Source of the DNA: a virus
Lineage: Duplodnaviria > Caudoviricetes
DNA: 57,094 bases
Direction: 5' to 3' (one strand)
Virus record (IMG/VR): IMGVR_UViG_3300037502_003174
Coordinates: 1 to 57,094 of that record
In this document: one piece after another, positions 20,458 to 29,966 of the stretch
Numbering within the stretch: the stretch's first letter is position 1
Layout of the letters: every line of letters starts with the position of its first letter
Notes under the pieces: generated by a model
Told to the model about the DNA's origin: nothing
Seen by the model: only the letters and a program-made list of their open reading frames with translations
The model's database searches: none
Made by a program: the position numbers and the translations under genes

Positions 20458-21384
20458 TCAGACGGCGGACTCGTCGACGCGGGCGTCGATGTCGATCTCA
20501 ATGCACACGCGGCCCTCGACGAACGAGGTCACGGACGCGGCTTCGATCGACAGGGTGTCCCCGGGAACGAAGGTGTTGGCCGCACTCGGGGCGCCGCCGG
20601 CGGTCACCACGCCCAGCGCCTTCGTGCCAGCGTAGACCAGCGTCGCGTCGGTGATGTTGGTCGTGCCGATCTCGAGGTTCAGCGTCGCCGTCTTGGCGCC
20701 GGTGCTGATCGCCTTCTCGCAGACCACGCGCCACGCCGAGACCTTGCCGTAGATGCGCGGGAGCGGCAGCTCGGTCAGGACGTCGCCGTTGGCGATGTCG
20801 GCCGCGTCCACGGAGTGGCAGATCTTGCCCCACGGGCGGTACAGCGCCGCGACGGCCGAGCCACCGATGATCGCGCCCGCCGGAGCCTCGTCGGCGCCCG
20901 AGGCGCGCCAGCCGGCATCCGCGTAGACCCCCTGGGGGCGGACGGTGTGGTCGAGGCTGACGGAGATCGCCGAGCCGGAGCGGGAGAACGTGACGCTGCC
21001 GAGCTTGACGAAGGCGTCGGTCCCGCACGAGGTCTCGATCGCGGCGTCGGTCGGGGCGGCCTGGCTGCCGGTGGTCGCGGCGGCGCCCTCCACCATCTTG
21101 CGCTTGACCTTGCCGGCGCTCTCGTCCCAGTAGGCGACGAGGGTGGCGGAGATCGAGGAACCGTCGGCGAGGGTCGACCCGCTGTAGACGGTGATCGCCT
21201 CGGCGGAGGCGAGCTGCGCGACGCGGTGGTCGATGACGACCTCGCCCGGCGCGGCCGCGACCTTCAGGGAGGTGCTGGACAGCGCGGCGGCCAGGTAGAG
21301 CATCAGGTGGGCGCCGAGCGCGCGGCGGGTGCCGCGAGATTCAGCGACCGAAAGGGCGTTCAGCCCGGTATCCAGATTCGGCAT
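20458..21384 (-). CDS. Capsid decoration/cement-like structural protein
   Basis: Downstream of the capsid gene; Ala/Thr-rich beta composition. Confidence 0.55.
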   Translation of the reverse strand: MPNLDTGLNALSVAESRGTRRALGAHLMLYLAAALSSTSLKVAAAPGEVVIDHRVAQLASAEAITVYSGSTLADGSSISATLVAYWDESAGKVKRKMVEGAAATTGSQAAPTDAAIETSCGTDAFVKLGSVTFSRSGSAISVSLDHTVRPQGVYADAGWRASGADEAPAGAIIGGSAVAALYRPWGKICHSVDAADIANGDVLTELPLPRIYGKVSAWRVVCEKAISTGAKTATLNLEIGTTNITDATLVYAGTKALGVVTAGGAPSAANTFVPGDTLSIEAASVTSFVEGRVCIEIDIDARVDESAV

Positions 21385-21405
21385 GGGGTCTCCAGAGAGG
21401 GGGCG

Positions 21406-22035
21406 TCAGCCCGGGTTGGCGGCGAGCCACGCGGCGATCGCCTCGCGCTGCGCCTTCTTGGTGGGGTGGACCTCGATCCCGAGGCCCTCGATCGCGGCGT
21501 GCATCAGCTTCAACGTCGCGTCGTCGTCGGCGAGCAGGCCGGCCAGGACCTCGTGGTGCGACGCGGCGGCCGCCGGGGTGTCCCAGCCTTCGTCATCGGC
21601 CGGGGCGGGCGCGAACGGCGGATCGTCGAGCGAGACGACCGGAGCGGGCGCCTCCGGCTCGTCGGCCGGGCCGGGGAGCAGGTCGTCGAGGGCGTCGAAG
21701 ACGTCGGCGGCGTCGTGGACCTCGACGCGCCGGGTGCCCCAGACCTCGCCCATCGCGGCCCGCCCGGCCTCGTCGAGTGCGCCCACGGCAGCGGCGACGT
21801 CGGCGAGGGCGGACAGGAGGCGGTCGACGATCCCGTGCGCGGCGGCGGCAGAGGTCGCCTCAGAGGAGACTGAGCCGATCAGCTCGCGGCCGGTCAGGCG
21901 GAAGCGTGGCGAGGCCTCCCAGGCGGCCGCCCGAGGGTCGTCGGAGCGAAGGGAGATCACGGAGCCCTTGGGGACGCGCTCCCCGTCGATGGTGACCGAT
22001 GCGGCGACGACAACGAAGGTCAGAAGGTACAACAT
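21406..22035 (-). CDS. Hypothetical head-associated protein (acidic, short helical C-terminal module)
   Basis: ATG with GGAG RBS directly after the capsid gene. Confidence 0.6.
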   Translation of the reverse strand: MLYLLTFVVVAASVTIDGERVPKGSVISLRSDDPRAAAWEASPRFRLTGRELIGSVSSEATSAAAAHGIVDRLLSALADVAAAVGALDEAGRAAMGEVWGTRRVEVHDAADVFDALDDLLPGPADEPEAPAPVVSLDDPPFAPAPADDEGWDTPAAAASHHEVLAGLLADDDATLKLMHAAIEGLGIEVHPTKKAQREAIAAWLAANPG

Positions 22036-22090
22036 TCCCAGCTCCAAAGCGTGTGAACGGGCCGCCCCAGAGGGGGCAACCCAGAGGGCG

Positions 22091-23410
22091 TCAGGCGCCG
22101 AACGAGGTCGTCGAGACGATGATGCCGTCCTGGATGCTCGCGGCCTCCGGCCGGTACACGAGCGGGCACATCTCGACGTAGAAGTCCAGGCGGAACCTGT
22201 CCGCTTCCTGTTCAAACTTGTTGAACATGCGGAAGCGGCTGGAGTCGATCACGTTCACGAGGTTCCGGGGATTCGTGAGGAGGATCGACGCGCAGTCCGC
22301 GATGTCGAGGGTGTAGTCGCTGGCCGTGGTGCTGATGCTGCCCTGGCCGAGCGCGCCCACGGTCGACACGAAGTTGTTGGTCCCGTCCCAGGTGACCGTC
22401 CGGGTCTCGCTGAGGCCGGTGGAGTTGCGGGTCACCTTGATCTTCCGGCCCGCGTTGCCCGCCGCGGCGCCGCCGAGAAGGGTGTCGACGCGGAGCTTGA
22501 TGATCGTGCCGCTCGGGTTGGTGACGGCGTCCGCGTTGGTCGTCGAGCCGTTCAGGGTCGCAAAACCCTGGGTGCGGCTCATCTGGGGCACCTGCACCGG
22601 CTGGATGCCGAGGATCTGGGCTTGCTGGCGGCTGAGCAGCGCGTCGTTCGCCACCTGCGAGGCCGAAGCCCAGGCGGACGCGAAGGCGTACTGAGCGTTC
22701 GCCGCAAGCATCGGCGAGATCATCCAGCGGAGGTTGGGATCGTTCTGGTAGCGCTCGGGCAGGTTGTCGTACGCCGACTGGAACGCGGCGATCGAGTAGG
22801 CGGAGCCGCGGGTCGTCGAGAGGACGTTCCCGGCGTCGCGGATCTGCTTGAGCCAGCCGTCCTTGGTGCCCAGGAAGCGATTCTCGCGGGTCGACGCGCC
22901 GGACGCGAGGTCGGTGTCGCCGTTGATCGCAAGCTGCGCGATGTTGCTGCCGAGCCTGATCGCGATCAGCTTGCGCAGCTTGCCGATGAAGTCGCCCTCA
23001 CCGCTGGCCGCCGCTTCGCGCACGTCCTCGGGGGTGTAGAACACGGTCCCGTGGAACTTCGCGGTCGTGTACTCGATCTTCGCCGTGGTCGCGACGTTTG
23101 ACGCGGTCTGCGTCTCGCCCTCGGTCGCCGGCTCCATGAGCCAGTCGCCCATGGTCATGTCGGTGAACTCGCCGGAGCGCTGGTCGACGAACTTCATCGA
23201 CGTGGCGCCGAGCCAACCGCTGTCGTCGGCCGCGTCCACGATCAGCCCGTGGACCGCCTTGCGGTTCATGAACTGGCCGCCGGCGCTGAGCGTAGAGGTG
23301 GTGTTCACGTCGTCGGACTTGCCGACCGGGAGGGACTCGGCGCCGGGGAGGCCGATCGCCTTGTTGACGGCGTTCAGGGACGCCAGAAGCTGGGCAGTGG
23401 AGCGGCTCAC
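22091..23410 (-). CDS. Major capsid protein (HK97 fold, XkdG/P2-like) with an inserted domain
   Basis: LAINGDT, DGWLKQ, LPERY, ILGIQPVQVPQM, ILLTNPRNL. Confidence 0.92.
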   Translation of the reverse strand: MSRSTAQLLASLNAVNKAIGLPGAESLPVGKSDDVNTTSTLSAGGQFMNRKAVHGLIVDAADDSGWLGATSMKFVDQRSGEFTDMTMGDWLMEPATEGETQTASNVATTAKIEYTTAKFHGTVFYTPEDVREAAASGEGDFIGKLRKLIAIRLGSNIAQLAINGDTDLASGASTRENRFLGTKDGWLKQIRDAGNVLSTTRGSAYSIAAFQSAYDNLPERYQNDPNLRWMISPMLAANAQYAFASAWASASQVANDALLSRQQAQILGIQPVQVPQMSRTQGFATLNGSTTNADAVTNPSGTIIKLRVDTLLGGAAAGNAGRKIKVTRNSTGLSETRTVTWDGTNNFVSTVGALGQGSISTTASDYTLDIADCASILLTNPRNLVNVIDSSRFRMFNKFEQEADRFRLDFYVEMCPLVYRPEAASIQDGIIVSTTSFGA

Positions 23411-24651
23411 TTGGCACCTCCGAGGATCGCCGAACGGAGCGCGGCGTCGACGTCATCCGCCTTGGAGGCGGTGTCGCGGTTGGTTTCGATGCGGCCGGCG
23501 TTGCCGGCGGGGACGGCGCGCTCCATGGCGGAGACGCGGCCGGCGATGCCCTCGATGGACTTCCCGACGTTGGTCAGGACGTCGATCAGGCCGGGCTGGC
23601 GGAGCTCGGCGCCGTCCGCGGACTTGGCGACGACGCCCTTGTCGTCGGTGACGGGGGCGCCGGCGAGGACGGATTCGAGCTCGGCGATGCGCTCCGCCTG
23701 CTTGGCGACGGTGGCCATGATCGGCGCCATCGCGCGGTCGATCATCGCCTGGAGGCTGGCAGCCTGGAGGCCCGCGCCAGCGTCGGCGATCTCGCCCTCC
23801 AGCTGCCCGGTGGGACGCGCCGGCTGGTCGGGGGTGATCGACGCCTTGGCGGCGACTTCCGCGGCCTTGGCCACGACGTTCTGAAGTTGGGCGTCCGTCG
23901 CGCCGGGGTTGGCGGCCTTGTAGGCCGTCACCGCCGCGGTGACGACCGCGTTGATTCGGTTCTGGTCGAGCGCCATGTGCTCGTCCTCCTGGTTGTCAGC
24001 CGCTTTCGCGGCGGTGGTGGAACTGTCGGCGGCGTCGAGCACCGCTTGGAGCGCCGCGATCGCCGAAGTGACGGCGGCTTTGTTCTTGGTGCTGAGGACC
24101 TTCCCGGCCTTCGCGACGAAGACGGCGGCGCAGTCGTCGGCCTCGCGGTGCGCCTTGGCGACCATCTCCAGGCCGAGCGGGTTGGCGGCTGGGAGTTGGC
24201 TCACAAGGTAGGTCGCGGCGTCGGAAAACCGCTTGCGGATCTCGGCCGGCTTGTCGGTGAGCATCGGGTCTTCCATGACCGACTCGACCGACTCACGGAG
24301 CGCCGAGGTGACGTTCCACCAGCGATCCCAGAACACCTGAGGCGCCAGCGCCTCGGCGAAGGACTTCGCCGGCTCGTCCTCGCTCTTGGCGGTGGTGTCC
24401 GTCACCGTGCCGCCGGTGAAGAACGCGAGGAACCGGCGCATCATGCCGACTTCGGCCGGGGTGACGCCCATCGCGCCGCCGTTCAGCTCGGGACCCTCGT
24501 TGGCGCCGAGGTCGGCCTTCGCCACGCCGAACTGGCGCCCGTTGGCGCCCCGGGGAACGAGGGAGACGACCGAAACGTCGGGATCGCCCATGATGGTGAC
24601 GACGGGCTTGCCGTCGGGGCCCTTGAGGGCCGCGAACTTCTCTGGCTTCAT
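23407..24651 (-). CDS. Scaffold protein with N-terminal VSLVxxGAN protease-associated segment
   Basis: DVSVVSLVPRGANGRQF, KAGKVLSTKN, Ala-rich coiled-coil C-terminus. Confidence 0.75.
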   Translation of the reverse strand: MKPEKFAALKGPDGKPVVTIMGDPDVSVVSLVPRGANGRQFGVAKADLGANEGPELNGGAMGVTPAEVGMMRRFLAFFTGGTVTDTTAKSEDEPAKSFAEALAPQVFWDRWWNVTSALRESVESVMEDPMLTDKPAEIRKRFSDAATYLVSQLPAANPLGLEMVAKAHREADDCAAVFVAKAGKVLSTKNKAAVTSAIAALQAVLDAADSSTTAAKAADNQEDEHMALDQNRINAVVTAAVTAYKAANPGATDAQLQNVVAKAAEVAAKASITPDQPARPTGQLEGEIADAGAGLQAASLQAMIDRAMAPIMATVAKQAERIAELESVLAGAPVTDDKGVVAKSADGAELRQPGLIDVLTNVGKSIEGIAGRVSAMERAVPAGNAGRIETNRDTASKADDVDAALRSAILGGAK

Positions 24652-25151
24652 GCGTTCTCCGCAGGGTACACCGGTACAACCGGCGTCTTGGTGACGCTGC
24701 CCCAGAAGCTGACGGCGTTGTACGTCCCGTCCTCGATCGCGGTCCACTCAGCGGACCCGGGATCGACCTGGAGGACGACGACCCAGGCTCCGGGCCAGTA
24801 GTTGGGGCTCGCGACCTCGGGGCCGTTCACGAAGGACTCGACGACGCGGACCGTGGTCACCGGCTGGAGGTCGTGGCGCTGGTCGATCTTGCGGTAGTCG
24901 GCGAGGTAGCGCCGGGCCATCCGGGCGACGTCCTCCGCGAGCATCGCCTCCCCGTGCGAGTCAATCGGAGTCAGGGCGCGATCGGCGAGGTCGGGCGCGG
25001 TCGCGGCGGCAAGCTCAGCGCTTCCGAGCTTGGCTTCTAGCGCCGAGAACTGCGCGAACGCCTCGGGGTCAAACGGGAGGTAGACCTCCACCCAGATGAG
25101 GCCCTCGCTCATCGATCGTTCGGACTTGCGGACCCGAGCGAAGACCGGCAA
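24648..25151 (-). CDS. XkdF-like prohead serine protease
   Basis: IDSHGE, IDQRHD, VVESFV, GAWVV, IEDGTYNAVSFWG; TTG after GGAGG. Confidence 0.85.
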   Translation of the reverse strand: MPVFARVRKSERSMSEGLIWVEVYLPFDPEAFAQFSALEAKLGSAELAAATAPDLADRALTPIDSHGEAMLAEDVARMARRYLADYRKIDQRHDLQPVTTVRVVESFVNGPEVASPNYWPGAWVVVLQVDPGSAEWTAIEDGTYNAVSFWGSVTKTPVVPVYPAENA

Positions 25152-25245
25152 CGGCGACCCTCCATGCGCCGCGTTGACCCGTCGCGGACACGGCGTCAAG
25201 CGGCGTTCAACCGGCATCGGACGCGCGATATCCGCGCACCGGCGC

Positions 25246-25890
25246 CTAGCGGGCGTCGGGGGCGTACAGTCGGCCGACTTCCAGCGCGCGGACCATGAGC
25301 AGATCCGCGAGGTCGGCGGCGGCCGGCGGGGCGTAGCCTGCGACGTCCAGCGCCTCCAGGACGGCCGATCTCGACACCGCCGCTACCCGGGCCGCGACCT
25401 CTCGGCGCGCGGCGGTGACGGCCTCTCCAACGGCGCGCGGGCGGGTGACCGCTCGCCAGTCCTCCGGCCCCACCGGGGAGCGGCCGAGGGCGGAGCCGGG
25501 GGTCAGCCGGAGGGCGCCGAGGCCCAGGGCGGGCGCGTCGGGGCGGGCGCGGAGGCCCTCGTCGGGCCAGGTCGCGGAGAGCCAGTCGTCGGCGGGGCGG
25601 CCAGCGGCAACGCCAGCGACGGCCCACGGGCGCGCGGCCCACGGCGTCCAGGCGACCCACAGGCGGCCCGCTGCGACGTAGCGGCCCCCGACGAGGGCGA
25701 GGCGGGAGGCGGGCGCGGGGAGCCCGACGAGAGCGGCGAGGTTGCGCGTCGCGGCGATCTGGCGGGCGCGGTCATCCACCTCGGGGGAGAGGAGCCACGT
25801 CCGGCCGTCCGGGGAGCGCCACACCGGGCCGTCGGGCGTCTCCAGGGTCGTCGGGGCGAGGGTCGCGCCGAACTCCTCAGGGCTGATCAT
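25246..25890 (-). CDS. Degenerate HipA/PI3K-like kinase homolog (putative pseudokinase)
   Basis: GAGGAGG RBS; motif order resembles phage kinase-like domains but catalytic residues appear substituted. Confidence 0.55.
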   Translation of the reverse strand: MISPEEFGATLAPTTLETPDGPVWRSPDGRTWLLSPEVDDRARQIAATRNLAALVGLPAPASRLALVGGRYVAAGRLWVAWTPWAARPWAVAGVAAGRPADDWLSATWPDEGLRARPDAPALGLGALRLTPGSALGRSPVGPEDWRAVTRPRAVGEAVTAARREVAARVAAVSRSAVLEALDVAGYAPPAAADLADLLMVRALEVGRLYAPDAR

Positions 25891-26617
25891 GGGCCTCCTC
25901 GATCCGCTTGCGGGCGATCTGAGCGTAGACCGGTAGCATCTCGCAGCCCCGGAAGCGGCGACCCTCCAACACGGCGCCGACGCCCGTGGACCCGCCGCCG
26001 GTGAACGGGTCGACGATGAGCCCGCCGGGAGGGGCGAGGCGGGCCAGTTGCCGCATGACGCCCACCGGCTTCGACGTCTGGTGAACCCTGTTCGCGGCGC
26101 GTGGCGAGGCTTCGCGGAACACGCCGGGGAGGCAGGGCGCGCCGTCGTAGCTGGGGACCGGCATCGCGCCGTGGCTGCCCCACACGATGAACTCTGTGTC
26201 CGCGCGCATCCTCCCAGGCATCGGGCGAGCGTTGCCCTTGTCCCACACAGCAACGCCGCGCCAGACGAAGCCAGCGGCCTGGATGACGTCGGTCACGGTC
26301 GGGAGTTGGCGCCAGTCCGTGAAAACGGCGATCGCCCCGCCGGGCTGGACCACGCGCCGAGCCTCGGAGAGCCACATGGTCATCCAGAACGCGAACGATC
26401 GTTGATCGCGGTTGTCGCCGGCGAAGTCCTCCAGGTCGCCGATCGCGACCGTGCCCTTCCCGCCCGCGTCGCTCTTGCCGTACTTCGCGCCCGTCCGGTT
26501 CGTTCGGTCGCCCCGGTACTGCCCGCCGGACGAGTAGGGCGGATCGGTGATCATCGCGTCCGCGCTCGCCCGATCCAGCGTTCGAAGCCACTCCATCGCA
26601 TCGCCGACGTCGACCAT
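25877..26617 (-). CDS. DNA methyltransferase (N6A/N4C, beta class)
   Basis: TDPPY, HQTSKPV, DPFTGGGSTG. Confidence 0.93.
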   Translation of the reverse strand: MVDVGDAMEWLRTLDRASADAMITDPPYSSGGQYRGDRTNRTGAKYGKSDAGGKGTVAIGDLEDFAGDNRDQRSFAFWMTMWLSEARRVVQPGGAIAVFTDWRQLPTVTDVIQAAGFVWRGVAVWDKGNARPMPGRMRADTEFIVWGSHGAMPVPSYDGAPCLPGVFREASPRAANRVHQTSKPVGVMRQLARLAPPGGLIVDPFTGGGSTGVGAVLEGRRFRGCEMLPVYAQIARKRIEEAHDQP

Positions 26618-26665
26618 CCCACCTCCCCGAAGTGGGTATCGCAGGCGGTGAACGAGGGCTCGCGC

Positions 26666-27568
26666 CTAAGCGAAGCGGGCGATGATCTGGCTGCGACAGT
26701 GGAAGTGGAGCGGGGGCACGGCGATCCCCAGCGCCTGGAGGGCGGCGGTGCTCAGCTCCTCGCCGTCGGACCCGTAGAGGTCGGACTCGCGCGGCCACGG
26801 GCTGATCTCGCGCCACTCCTCGGGGGTCTCGGCGGTCAGCAGGCGGTCGCGCAGGGCAAGGCTCCCGGAGACGGTGAAGACGCGGCCGTCGAGGGCGCGG
26901 CAGACGGCGCTCGTCCGCTCGTCCATCGGGTTGAGGTACTCGTACTCAACGACTTCGCCGCGGCTCAGGCTCTCCAGGGCGCCGAAGGACCGGGCGCGGG
27001 TCGCGGTCGTCGAGGCGAGGCCCTGCCAGTAGCTCTCGGAGCGGGTGATCCGGTCGGCGAAGGCCGCCTCCAGGCGCTTCCCGGCGTCCACGCGCCCGAG
27101 GCCCAGGTCGAGCACCTTGCGCGTCTCGGTGAGGAGGGGGCCTTCGATGGCGCTCCCGTAGGCGTCGCCGATCCAGAACAGGCCGGCGCGCTGCAACCCC
27201 GCGATCGCGTCTTGGTCGACTAGGTCGAAGGCGAGGCTGATCTCCAACTGCGTCCCGATCTCGTCGGCGCCCAGCGAGTAGGCCCCCACGAGGCCCCGGG
27301 CGAGCTCCTCGCGGGAGCCGGCGGGTAGCTCCTCGCCCAGCCGGCGGAGCTGCGCGCCCAGGTCGGCGACGATGGCCTCGGCCCGGCCGGGGTTGCGGGC
27401 GATGCGCTCCGCGGCGGCGAGGATGATCGGCGTCGATGCCTCGGAGAAGTCGCCGAAGAGCTGCGCAGACAGCGACGAGCTGATCGCGATGTACTCCGGG
27501 GGCGTCTCGGCCTTCAGCGCGAGGATCCGGGTCGCGGCGCGGTGGAGGTGACCGGCGGGGGTGATCAC
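26666..27568 (-). CDS. Phage Mu F-like minor head protein
   Basis: DERTSAVCRALDG, PPLHFHCRS. Confidence 0.9.
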   Translation of the reverse strand: MITPAGHLHRAATRILALKAETPPEYIAISSSLSAQLFGDFSEASTPIILAAAERIARNPGRAEAIVADLGAQLRRLGEELPAGSREELARGLVGAYSLGADEIGTQLEISLAFDLVDQDAIAGLQRAGLFWIGDAYGSAIEGPLLTETRKVLDLGLGRVDAGKRLEAAFADRITRSESYWQGLASTTATRARSFGALESLSRGEVVEYEYLNPMDERTSAVCRALDGRVFTVSGSLALRDRLLTAETPEEWREISPWPRESDLYGSDGEELSTAALQALGIAVPPLHFHCRSQIIARFA

Positions 27569-27780
27569 TCGGCCTCCAACGGCGGCGGGGAGCGGTCGCG
27601 GCGTCCGAGTGCACGGCGATTGGACGCGCACACCCGGCAGTCACAGCGCCCGGGCGAGGACTTCGCGGCGACGTGCAGCAGCCGCGCGATCGTCGCCTCG
27701 CTCCAGCCGCGAGCGCGGAGGGTGGCTTCGGTGCGGCGGAGGTTCCGGGCCGCCAGCGCCCGCCGTTTGTCCCGGGTCAC
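27565..27780 (-). CDS. Small basic Cys-containing protein
   Basis: GTGA overlaps on both sides; CDCRVCASNRR. Confidence 0.5.
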   Translation of the reverse strand: MTRDKRRALAARNLRRTEATLRARGWSEATIARLLHVAAKSSPGRCDCRVCASNRRALGRRDRSPPPLEAE

Positions 27781-29564
27781 GCGCGGCCCTCCGGCGACTC
27801 CGACGCGGCGGCCTCCATCTTCGCCACCAGGGCCCGGCCCTCGCGGATGACGCCCAGGGCGATCCCCATCGCCTCCTCGGCGGCCGCCTTGGCGGCGACG
27901 GCAACCTCGGCCTGAGCGGGCGGCGTCTGCGGGTTGGCGGCGGCCTCCGCGGCGGCGGCAGCGACGGCGGCGGCTTCCTGGCGCTTCGCTTCGGCGACCG
28001 CCACCACCTCGGAAAGCGGCGCGTTCGGGTCGGCGCCCATCGTGAGGAGGGCGGTCGTCAGCGCCAGCGGGCGCTCGCCCCACGGCTCCGCGATCAGCGC
28101 CTGCGACTGGCCGGTGAGCTCGTTCGCGAGGCGGATCAGCGCGTTGGGGCTCGCCCCGCCGCCGTCGATCAGTGGCTTCATCCCGGCGAGCTTCTCCGCG
28201 TCGTCGCTCGTCGAGGCGCCCCGGAAGCGGACGGCCCAGCGGTTGATCCCCAGCGCCGGGAAGATCCGGCCGTTGATGAGGTCGGCCCACCTGCTCTTGC
28301 GCAGAGGAACGAACACCTGCTCCTCGGCCACGGCGCGCGCGGTGTTGGCGGCGGCGCGGCTGTAGTCCTCCGAGCCGCCCCAGTAGATCGGCGGGAGGCG
28401 GAAGCACTCGTCGATCTGCTTGCTGGCCTGCCGGATCAGGCTCTCGTCGCCCTTGTAGAGCTCGGCCGGCAACACGAAGGCGACGTCCTCCAGCGAGAAC
28501 CGGGGCGCCGTCTCGCGGGTGGTTTCGTCGAGGGGATCGACGGCGGCCTTGTTGGCGTCGGCCTCCAGCGCCACGACGCTCCATGCGTTGCCCGACCCGC
28601 GGCCGCGGCTGTCGAGCTCGCCCAGGAACTTCTTGTAGGACGCGGCGTTCCAGGCTCCGCCCGCGATCATCGCCACCTTGAGCCCGATCGGCGCGTCGAG
28701 GAACCAGGAGAGGATCGTGTCGATCGCCTCGCGGCCCGCCCGGGAGTAGGGCGCCGCCGGGATCCAACGGGGGACGCCGTAGGCTCCGGCCGGATGGTAG
28801 ATGCGGACGTGGATCATCTCGGTGGCGTCGGTCCCGTCTCCGGCGGCCGCGTCCATGTACTTCCCGGTGAGGGCGGAGAGCGGCCGGGGATCGCCGAACT
28901 CCTTGAAGTATACCTGCCGGTTGTCCACGATCTGGATGTACCGCCGGAAGCGGCGCATCTGCGGGACCATGACGATCTCGCCGCTCGTCGGGTCGCGGAA
29001 GGGCACGTCAACCCGCACCGGCGCGCTCAATGGCGCCAATCGGACCGTGAACGCCTGGACGTGGTTCAGGCTCGCAACCTCGCCTTTCGCATTGCGCAGG
29101 ACCTCGATGTAGCCGTTGCCCTGCCCCTCGCAGTCGACGTCGACCGGAAACGCGACGGCGCCAAACCCGCCTTGGGCGCAGGTGTCGAGGAGCAACGCCG
29201 CCCGGGCCTTCTCCGCCGCGGCATCGGCCGGAGGCGGGATCGGCTGGCCGGACTCATCGGCGGTCGGGAAGAGCGGCTCCAGGTCCCAGCCGAAGCCCGT
29301 CAGGTTCGTCGCCATGGCTTCGACGCGCGACGACAGGGTGACGCTCTCGTCGACCGCACAGACCAGCGTCCAGGGGTCGTAGGGCGGGGCGATGGCCTCA
29401 CCCGTCGAGAACAGCCCTCCCCAGGTGTTTTCCGTCGGAGGCAGGATGCGCGAGGCAGCGATCTCGGGGAGGGCGGAGCCTTGGATCCTGGCCTGCTTAG
29501 ACCCGCCGTCGTCCGCCTTGCCGACCGTCCCGGCGCGCACGCCGACGTTCTCGAACTCGCCCAT
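27777..29564 (-). CDS. Portal protein (PBSX-type)
   Basis: PPYDP, GNGYIEVLRN, YGVPRWI, FRLPPIYWG..EDYSRA. Confidence 0.93.
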   Translation of the reverse strand: MGEFENVGVRAGTVGKADDGGSKQARIQGSALPEIAASRILPPTENTWGGLFSTGEAIAPPYDPWTLVCAVDESVTLSSRVEAMATNLTGFGWDLEPLFPTADESGQPIPPPADAAAEKARAALLLDTCAQGGFGAVAFPVDVDCEGQGNGYIEVLRNAKGEVASLNHVQAFTVRLAPLSAPVRVDVPFRDPTSGEIVMVPQMRRFRRYIQIVDNRQVYFKEFGDPRPLSALTGKYMDAAAGDGTDATEMIHVRIYHPAGAYGVPRWIPAAPYSRAGREAIDTILSWFLDAPIGLKVAMIAGGAWNAASYKKFLGELDSRGRGSGNAWSVVALEADANKAAVDPLDETTRETAPRFSLEDVAFVLPAELYKGDESLIRQASKQIDECFRLPPIYWGGSEDYSRAAANTARAVAEEQVFVPLRKSRWADLINGRIFPALGINRWAVRFRGASTSDDAEKLAGMKPLIDGGGASPNALIRLANELTGQSQALIAEPWGERPLALTTALLTMGADPNAPLSEVVAVAEAKRQEAAAVAAAAAEAAANPQTPPAQAEVAVAAKAAAEEAMGIALGVIREGRALVAKMEAAASESPEGRA

Positions 29565-29603
29565 GGGGAGCCTCCATGCGGGCGCGTAGCCCGCCGGGGC
29601 GCG

Positions 29604-29768
29604 TCAGGCGCGCCGCTGCCAAGCGGGGCGGGTCATCAGCCAGCCGCCGAGCGTCAGGGTGGCGAGCTGCGCCACCTCGCCGGGCGTCGGGCGGAGCAGG
29701 TGCCCGAGGCGCCAGCCGATGGCGAGGGCAGCCACGACGCAGGCCGGGAGGGCGGCTGCGCGGATCAT
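29604..29768 (-). CDS. Small membrane protein (54 aa)
   Basis: MIRAAALPACVVAALAIGW...; ATGA overlap; not in the ORF track. Confidence 0.5.
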   Translation of the reverse strand: MIRAAALPACVVAALAIGWRLGHLLRPTPGEVAQLATLTLGGWLMTRPAWQRRA

Positions 29769-29950
29769 GGCATCACCCCCGACGCGGCGGCGACGACCGC
29801 TTCGAGCCAGACGGCGAAGGGCTGCCCAGCGTTCTCGGCCGCGGCGCGAGCGGCGGCGGCGATCTCGGGGCGGAGGGACACCCGGGCGCGACCGGCGCGG
29901 CCGGGGCGAGACGGATCGCGGCGCGGGCCGCGGGGGCGAGGGTCGGACAT
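29765..29950 (-). CDS. Ribbon-helix-helix-like DNA-binding protein
   Basis: RVSLRPEIAAAARAAA..GQPFAVWLEAVV; GGAGG RBS. Confidence 0.6.
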   Translation of the reverse strand: MSDPRPRGPRRDPSRPGRAGRARVSLRPEIAAAARAAAENAGQPFAVWLEAVVAAASGVMP

Positions 29951-29966
29951 CGGTCCTCCGGAGACA

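Noticed and set aside
18508-21873. Very long plus-strand ORFs (also 27561-30173, 7935-9884, 45066-47132)
   Set aside because: Antisense shadows of real minus-strand genes in high-GC DNA; no recognisable motifs
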